64,000 nucleotides of DNA from NCBI GenBank assembly GCA_903893785.1, contig CAITNQ010000344.1:3451-67450 (forward strand). Reading direction: 5' to 3'. The notes beneath the pieces were generated by a model. That model was not told the DNA's origin, ran no database searches, and saw only the letters and a program-made list of their open reading frames with translations. The DNA is from an uncultured Gemmatimonadota bacterium (lineage in GTDB: Bacteria > Latescibacterota > UBA2968 > UBA8231). The translations under genes were made by a program, and so were the position numbers. Positions 58,313-64,000 of this stretch are shown here, one piece after another (position 1 is the stretch's first letter; each line of letters opens with the position of its first letter).

Positions 58313-59314
58313 ATGCGCACGCTCAGACTCGATGGCCAGGGACAGGCGCGCGTCGCCGAGGCGCCCGAGCCCGTGCCCGCCAGCGGCGAGGTGCGGATTC
58401 GCACCCGCATGTCGGCCCTCTGCGGCAGCGAGCTGTCCACCTACCGCGGTTCCGGGCTGGAAACCGGTAACAGCGGGCACGAAGCCATGGGCGTGGTCGA
58501 AGCCCTGGGGCCCGGCGTCACCCGCGTCCAGGTGGGGCAGCGGGTCGGCGTCTCGGCGGTTGCCGGCTGTGGCCGGGCCGACTGCGATGCCTGCCGGCGC
58601 GGCCAGTCCACGTGGTGCCCCCGACGCCGCGGCTATGGCAGCATGCATGCCGAAGCCTTTCTGGCCGCCGAGACGGCTTGTTTGCCCGTGCCTGAAGACC
58701 TGCCGGACGCCGAAGCGGTGCTGGTCACCGGCGACGGCCTGGGCGTGCCGTACCACACCAGCCTGAAACTGGACGCCGACACGGATACCGTGGCGGTGTT
58801 CGGGTTGGGCCCGGTGGGACTGGGCAGCGTGCTGCTGCAGAGCTACCTGGGCCGGCGCGTGATCGCCGTTGATCTGCAGACCCGGCGCCTCGAACTGGCG
58901 GCGGGCCTGGGAGCTGCCGAATGCGTCGAGGCTGCCCGGCATGACCCGGTCGAGGCCATCAACCGCCTGACCGAGGGCCGGGGCGTCGATGCCGCCGTCG
59001 AGGCGGCCGGCGTGCCGGCTACCGTGCACCAGTGTTTCCGCGTAGTGCGCAACGGCGGCCTGGTGCTCTTCAATGGCGAGCAACCCAGGGTGGAGCTGTC
59101 GCCTAGCGAAGACTTCATCCGCCGCGATGTCCGCGCTGTCGGTTCGTGGTTCTACCACGTGGGCGAATTCCCGGCCATGCTGCGGTTATGGCGCGAGGGC
59201 CTGCCAGTGGGGCGACTGATCACCGACGTGCTGGCGTTCGACCAGGCCCCGGATGCCCTGGCCCTGTTTGCCGCTGGCGAGACCGGCAAGGTCCTGCTGC
59301 AGTACGGCGATTGA
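58313..59314 (+). CDS. Zinc-dependent dehydrogenase (MDR family, threonine/sorbitol-dehydrogenase-like)
   Basis: ORF 58313..59314, with GGAGG upstream. Motifs: CGSELSTY; GHEAMGVV; CGRADCDACRRG; VFGLGPVGL. Confidence 0.85.
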   Translation: MRTLRLDGQGQARVAEAPEPVPASGEVRIRTRMSALCGSELSTYRGSGLETGNSGHEAMGVVEALGPGVTRVQVGQRVGVSAVAGCGRADCDACRRGQSTWCPRRRGYGSMHAEAFLAAETACLPVPEDLPDAEAVLVTGDGLGVPYHTSLKLDADTDTVAVFGLGPVGLGSVLLQSYLGRRVIAVDLQTRRLELAAGLGAAECVEAARHDPVEAINRLTEGRGVDAAVEAAGVPATVHQCFRVVRNGGLVLFNGEQPRVELSPSEDFIRRDVRAVGSWFYHVGEFPAMLRLWREGLPVGRLITDVLAFDQAPDALALFAAGETGKVLLQYGD

Positions 59315-59379
59315 CCCCTACCGGGAGGCGCTGCCGCCATGGTCGTCGCCGCGCCGTGCGCTGACGATGGCAGCGCGGG

Positions 59380-60147
59380 TCAGGGTTCGGCAAAGGCAAA
59401 GGGAAAGCGCTCGAACTCGGGCTGCGTCTGCCGCCAAGTCAGGTACGCCGGCCGCAGTTGCTCGTCGGGCGGGTACGCCTGGTGCAGGGCATAGCCCTCG
59501 GCCAGTTTCAGGCGAGTGAAGCGCTCTTGGACCTCGTGCTCGATGCCGGCGGTCACAATCGCGGCCAACTCCGTCGGCGGGATGACGACCACGCCGTCCT
59601 GGTCGCCCAGCAGCACGTCCCCTGGCACCACCGCGGTGTTGGCCAGTTTGACCGGCACCTGGTAGTCGGCCGACATGAGCGCCCGGTTGATGCCGGCGCC
59701 GTGCTGGCCCAGGCAGAACAGGGGTAGGCCCACGGTGCGGATGGTGCTCAGATCGCGCACCGATCCGTCGATGACGATGCCGGCACCACCGCGCTCGAGC
59801 ACCCGCCGGGTGAACATGTCGCCGACCACGCCCGCCTCACGGCAACCGCAGGCGTCGATGACCAGGATCTCGCCCGGTTCGATGGACTCGATGGCGTCGC
59901 GGTGCGGGCGATCAGCGGTGCTGGCGTACTGCGTCTTTACCAGGTCCTCCCGCAGGGGCAGGAAGCGCAGCGTGCGTGCCCGGCCCACCATGACCTGCCC
60001 CGGGGCCAGGGCCTGGGGCGGAATGCCGGTCAGGTAACCATGGTTGAAGCCGCGGCCCATCAGGAGCGCCGTGGCCGTAGGGGTGCTGACGTGCTTGAGC
60101 CCTTCGAGCAGTTCGGCGGCAATGTCCACCGGGGGATTGCACAGCAT
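59380..60147 (-). CDS. RraA-family protein (4-hydroxy-4-methyl-2-oxoglutarate aldolase / oxaloacetate decarboxylase-like)
   Basis: Part of ORF 59380..60327, from the internal ATG 60147 (AGGAGG upstream). Motifs: GEILVIDACG..AGVVGDMFTRRVLERGGAGIVIDGSVRD. Confidence 0.85.
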   Translation of the reverse strand: MLCNPPVDIAAELLEGLKHVSTPTATALLMGRGFNHGYLTGIPPQALAPGQVMVGRARTLRFLPLREDLVKTQYASTADRPHRDAIESIEPGEILVIDACGCREAGVVGDMFTRRVLERGGAGIVIDGSVRDLSTIRTVGLPLFCLGQHGAGINRALMSADYQVPVKLANTAVVPGDVLLGDQDGVVVIPPTELAAIVTAGIEHEVQERFTRLKLAEGYALHQAYPPDEQLRPAYLTWRQTQPEFERFPFAFAEP

Positions 60148-60212
60148 GCGGGTACCTCCTGTGTGCCGGCGTCGCCGGCGGCGTGGCACTGGCGGGGGTG
60201 GCCGGGGCCGCC

Positions 60213-62123
60213 TCAGCGCAGATAGGTGTAGTCGCCGAACACTTCGTCGTACTGACGCTGCAGCACAGCCGATTCGCGGGCCGTCAGCCGGCCGGCGCTC
60301 ACCGCCGCTTCCAGGGCATGCCGCCACCGTTCGACCAAGTCGGCCTTCTCAAACGCGACATAGCGCAGCACCTGCCCGACGGTGTCGCCGCGCAGAACGT
60401 TGGCGAACTGGACGCGGCCATCGTCGGTCAACTCAACGTGGACGGCATTGGTGTCGCCGAACAGGTTGTGCAGGTCGCCGAGGATTTCCTGGTACGCGCC
60501 CACCAGGAAGACGCCAAAGCAATACCGTTCCTGCGGCCGGAGTTCGTGCGCCGGCAGGTAGTGCTTGATGTCGCGCAGATCGGCGAAGCGTTCGACTTTG
60601 CCGTCGGAGTCGCAGGTAATGTCAGCCAGCACGACGCGGCGTCGCGGTTCCTCGGCCAGGCGGGTGATCGGCGTGATCGGGAAAATCTGGTCGATAGCCC
60701 AGCTGTCGGGCATGGACTGGAAAATGGACAGGTTGCAGAAGTACGTGTCGGTCAACTGCGAAGGCAATCGGCGCAGGTCTTCGGGCACATAGTGCAGCTT
60801 GGTCGTCACGGCGTTGATGGCGTTGAGCAGCGCCCAGTAGCACTGATCGCCGAGCGCGCGGTCCTCGATTGACATCAGTCCCAGACTGAACCGCTGCAGC
60901 ATGGTCTGCCGCAACTCGGCGGCATCGTGGAGGGTTTCCTGGCAGTTCTTCGGCGTCAGCGCCTGCAGCAGCTGCGCCATGTTGAGCACCGTGTCTTCAC
61001 TGGTCTGGCGGCCCACCGCCAGTGCGTCGACGGTCGTCGTGAAAGTATTGGCCAGGCCGAGGACTTCGGCCACCAGCACCGAACCATAGGCCACCATGGC
61101 GCGGCCGCACTCGGTCACCACCGATGGATGGGCCACCCGGGCGGCGTCACAGGCTTCCTTGAGGATCCAGATGACGTCGCGGGCGTACTCCTCAACCGTG
61201 TAGTTCATGGACGACTCAAAAGCCGTCTTCGAACCATCGTAGTCCACCGCCAGGCCGCCACCCACGTCGAAGTAGCATAGCCTGGGGCAGCACTTGGCGA
61301 CCTGGACGTAGACCTGGGTCGCCTCGCGGACCGCCTGCTTGAGCGCCGAGATGTTGGTCAGCTGGCTGCCGTTGTGGAAGTGGACCAGGCGGACCCAGCT
61401 CTGCTTGCCGTGCTCGGCCAGCAGCTTCAGCGCGGCCACGATCTCGGTCACATTCAGACCGAACTTGGCCCGCTCGCCACCGCTTCGTTCCCAGCGCCCG
61501 GCGCCGCGCCCGGCCAGGCGCAGGCGGAAGCCGATGTTCGGCTCAATGCCCTGTTCCTGGCTGATACTGAGCAGCAGATCGATCTCCGACGGTTTCTCCA
61601 CCACCACGATGACTTCGCGGCCGACCCGCTGGGCCATCATGGCCAGCTCCAGGTACTGGCGGTCCTTGTACCCGTTGCACACCAGCAGCGCGTCCGGGTT
61701 GTCGTGCATGGCCAGCGCCGCCACCAGTTCGGGCTTGCTGCCCACCTCCAGCCCCAGGTTGAGTTCGCGGCCGGCCCGGATCAGCGCCGTCACCACGTAG
61801 CGCTGCTGGTTCACTTTGATGGGGTATACCGGTCGGTACGACCCTTGGTAGTCGTACTCGGCCATGGAACTGGCGAAGGCGCGGTGGAGGACCCGCAGCC
61901 GATGGCGCAGGATGCCGTTGAACCGGAAAAGGATGGGTAGGCGTATGTCGCGCTGCCGGGCCGCTTCCACCAAGTGCTGCAGGTCGATCTCCGGACCTCC
62001 CGGGCCGTCGGGCCGCACGCAGGCGTTGCCCTCGGCATTGACGCCGAAATAGCCGGCGCCCCAATACTCGAAACCGTAGAGCTGCTCGCTCTTGGCCACG
62101 TCCCAGGTCGATCCGGGCAGCAT
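60213..62123 (-). CDS. speA: Biosynthetic arginine decarboxylase
   Basis: ORF 60213..62123, with GGAGG upstream. Motifs: WDVAKSEQLYGFEYWGAGYFGVN; YRPVYPIKVNQQR; GLEVGSKPEL; YFDVGGGLAVDYDGS. Confidence 0.95.
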   Translation of the reverse strand: MLPGSTWDVAKSEQLYGFEYWGAGYFGVNAEGNACVRPDGPGGPEIDLQHLVEAARQRDIRLPILFRFNGILRHRLRVLHRAFASSMAEYDYQGSYRPVYPIKVNQQRYVVTALIRAGRELNLGLEVGSKPELVAALAMHDNPDALLVCNGYKDRQYLELAMMAQRVGREVIVVVEKPSEIDLLLSISQEQGIEPNIGFRLRLAGRGAGRWERSGGERAKFGLNVTEIVAALKLLAEHGKQSWVRLVHFHNGSQLTNISALKQAVREATQVYVQVAKCCPRLCYFDVGGGLAVDYDGSKTAFESSMNYTVEEYARDVIWILKEACDAARVAHPSVVTECGRAMVAYGSVLVAEVLGLANTFTTTVDALAVGRQTSEDTVLNMAQLLQALTPKNCQETLHDAAELRQTMLQRFSLGLMSIEDRALGDQCYWALLNAINAVTTKLHYVPEDLRRLPSQLTDTYFCNLSIFQSMPDSWAIDQIFPITPITRLAEEPRRRVVLADITCDSDGKVERFADLRDIKHYLPAHELRPQERYCFGVFLVGAYQEILGDLHNLFGDTNAVHVELTDDGRVQFANVLRGDTVGQVLRYVAFEKADLVERWRHALEAAVSAGRLTARESAVLQRQYDEVFGDYTYLR

Positions 62124-62752
62124 CCTTTACCTCCGCGACACCGTGATGGGCCCCCGCCCGACGCCGCCCCCGGCCGCCACAACGCGGGCGGTGGGGCCGA
62201 GGGCTGGCGCGAACGGGTAATGTGCGATCTGCATGGCATCTGATCAACGCCGGCCGGTGCCGGACCCGTCCACGGCAGCGCTGGAACCGGGCAGCCAAGT
62301 CCGGCGGTGGCCGGTCCATGGTCGGTGACACGGCGGTGCGGGTCACGACTGCGGGGTGGCCTGTGACCAAATCCTTGGCAGCCTATGCAACGCAATGGCT
62401 GACAATGAGATGCGTCGGATGGACCGGGGCTGCTGACCAGTGCCTTGGCGGTACCCACCACGGTGCGCTCACAGCGGCTGCCGACAGCGCGTGCGGTACC
62501 GTCGCGGTCAACATCGCAGCGCCGGCCGCGCAGGGGGCGGCGTCGGCGGCGGTTGACCGGTTCATATGCGTATGCAGGACAGGAAGTTGGCCCGCAGGCG
62601 GGCGGTCCTGCGGGCGGTCATTGGCGGGTCGGTGCCGGGGGTCGAGCGAGTGGCGGTTGCAGGACGGTTCGCCGCGGCAACGCCATTGCCGAGCCCTGGC
62701 ACGCCGATTGCATCTGCCGGGTCAGCGGTGAACGCCAACCTGGAGGCCTGAC

Positions 62753-63616
62753 GTGAACAAGACTGCGATCCATCGCCACGCGGCCGCAGGCGCCTTCCCC
62801 GGCGCCGCGGTGCTTCATCTGCTCGCTTCGGTGTGCCTGGCCGGGCTGCTGCTGACGGCCGGCTCGGGCTGGGCTTACCCCGTGGTCCCCGTCGACCGTG
62901 CCCCGGTACCCGGCGCCGTGCGGGCGGCGCGTCTGCCCGATGGCGCGGTGATGCGCTTCGTGTGGGTGGAGTCGCGCTCTGCGGGTCGAGACCACCTGGC
63001 GGCGGCGCCGGGCGTCGATGGCCGCGACGCTGAGCGCGCGGTTCTGGCGCAGGGTTTCCTCCTCGGGCAGTCGGCGGTCACGGTGCGCCAGTGGCAGGCT
63101 GTGATGGGATCGGCACCGGTCGCGGGTGCCGGGTGCGTGGCCGGCGCCGGCGGCCAGCCGGTAGTGCGGGTATCATGGCAGCAGGTGCAGGCCTTTGTGG
63201 CGGCGCTCAATCAGGACGCCGGCCGCGAGGTGTACCGGTTGCCCACGGCGGTGGAGTGGGAATACGCCTGTCGCGATGCGGTCACCCGGCCGCAGGGCGG
63301 CGGCGAGGACAGCCGCCTGGGGCAGTTTGCCCTGGACCACCGCGGCGACAGCGTGGCTGACCCCGCGGCCGCCAACCCGTGGGGCCTGGTGGGTATGGCT
63401 GGCGATCCGGAATGGGTCCAGAACGGCTCCGGTTGCCGGCGCTGTGGCGGTGGGGAGCAACGGCCGGTGGACCGGGTTTACGGCACGGCAACGGCCGGAG
63501 ACCAAGTGGTGTGCACCGGCACGCAGGCCCCGCTGCGCTGCACGGCCCCGTCGGCGGCGCCCGGGTCGGGAGGGGACCTGGTGGCCCTGGGGGCCCGCCT
63601 GGTCTGGGTTCCGTGA
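62753..63616 (+). CDS. Formylglycine-generating-enzyme (FGE-sulfatase/SUMF1) domain protein with N-terminal signal/anchor
   Basis: ORF 62753..63616 (GTG start, GGAGG 7 nt upstream). Motifs: VTVRQWQAVMG; VVRVSWQQVQAFVAALN; YRLPTAVEWEYACR; NPWGLVGMAGDPEWV. The C-terminal part looks degenerate. Confidence 0.6.
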   Translation: MNKTAIHRHAAAGAFPGAAVLHLLASVCLAGLLLTAGSGWAYPVVPVDRAPVPGAVRAARLPDGAVMRFVWVESRSAGRDHLAAAPGVDGRDAERAVLAQGFLLGQSAVTVRQWQAVMGSAPVAGAGCVAGAGGQPVVRVSWQQVQAFVAALNQDAGREVYRLPTAVEWEYACRDAVTRPQGGGEDSRLGQFALDHRGDSVADPAAANPWGLVGMAGDPEWVQNGSGCRRCGGGEQRPVDRVYGTATAGDQVVCTGTQAPLRCTAPSAAPGSGGDLVALGARLVWVP

Positions 63617-63731
63617 CGCAGACCCGCAAGGGAGTGTCGGACGACATCGGTCGTCCGACCGGCACAGGCAGGCCCGGAGCTGGCTGGCGCTCCGGGCCTG
63701 CGGCGCTGTACGGCAGGCAAGGGCAACGGGC

Positions 63732-63920
63732 CAACCCGATGGCGCGGTTGAGGGCGGGGCAAGGGGAAAGGGGCAACCCGATGGCGCGGTTGAGCGCCGG
63801 GCCGGGGCAACGGGCCAACCCGATGGCGTGGTTGAGAGCCGGGCAAGGGGAAAGGGACAACCCGATGGCGCGGTTGGGAGCCGGGCGGGGGGAAAGGGGC
63901 AACCCGATGGCGCGGTTGAA
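63732..63920. repeat. Tandem array, exact 42-bp period, 5 copies of a 21-nt hairpin-capable core (CAACCCGATGGCGCGGTTGAG) alternating with G-rich 21-nt segments
   Basis: Cores start at 63732, 63774, 63816, 63858 and 63900, with one mismatch in each of copies 3-5. The inter-core segments resemble each other (GGGCAAGGGGAAAGGGG-type). The array starts 116 nt after the FGE-domain gene. Confidence 0.85.
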
Positions 63921-64000
63921 CGCCGGGCCTGCAGGCGGGTCCCGCTGGTGAGCAGCCGGGGCGGCGGTTCGGCCGCGGCGGCGCTCAACCGCCTCCTGGG

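Noticed and set aside
63732-63920. CRISPR array (21-nt repeat / 21-nt spacer, regular 42-bp period)
   Set aside because: The supposed spacers are similar to one another (all G-rich GGGCAAGGGGAAAGGG-type) and are not unique sequences. The repeat is shorter than typical CRISPR repeats. No cas genes or leader are visible. I classify it as a compound tandem repeat.

Overview
Very GC-rich bacterial chromosomal segment. G+C was not computed; by eye it is about two thirds or more, with extreme GC3. Because of this, the six-frame track is full of long antisense and out-of-frame artefact ORFs, and I accept about 45 genes. I recognised no rRNA, tRNA, CRISPR, transposase, integrase or phage genes.

Left third: the 5' part of a secreted beta-propeller sensor protein (open to the left edge, so absent from the track); a 1.2-kb repeat-filled spacer; two convergent paralogous PAS/GAF histidine kinases plus a STAS protein; a membrane metallophosphoesterase coupled to an ICMT-like methyltransferase; and a glycan/sugar-acid gene group.

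Centre (the standout): two tandem minus-strand genes (17543-17944 and 16988-17392). Each encodes a signal peptide, then a ubiquitin core that is 66/72 and 52/72 identical (hand count) to canonical eukaryotic ubiquitin, then a Pro/Gly motif + hydrophobic helix + RRRRR tail of the exosortase/IPTL-CTERM type in place of the Gly-Gly end. They lie divergently next to a four-gene operon of DUF11-repeat surface proteins, which ends in a 2402-aa protein with an internal OmpA-like domain. No E1/E2/E3/deubiquitinase genes are present.

Right half: an unusual aldolase / Ldh_2 / amidohydrolase / BKACE / TIM-barrel / ADH operon; ceramidase-like and CocE/NonD hydrolases; a stand-alone Upf1-like SF1 helicase; housekeeping genes (sfsA, rsgA, gdhA, speA); a GH127 enzyme; and an MFS-HEAT / cNMP-binding / GAF-CPBP operon. 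There are also several unrelated families of intergenic tandem repeats, including a CRISPR-looking but non-CRISPR 42-bp x5 array at the right edge.
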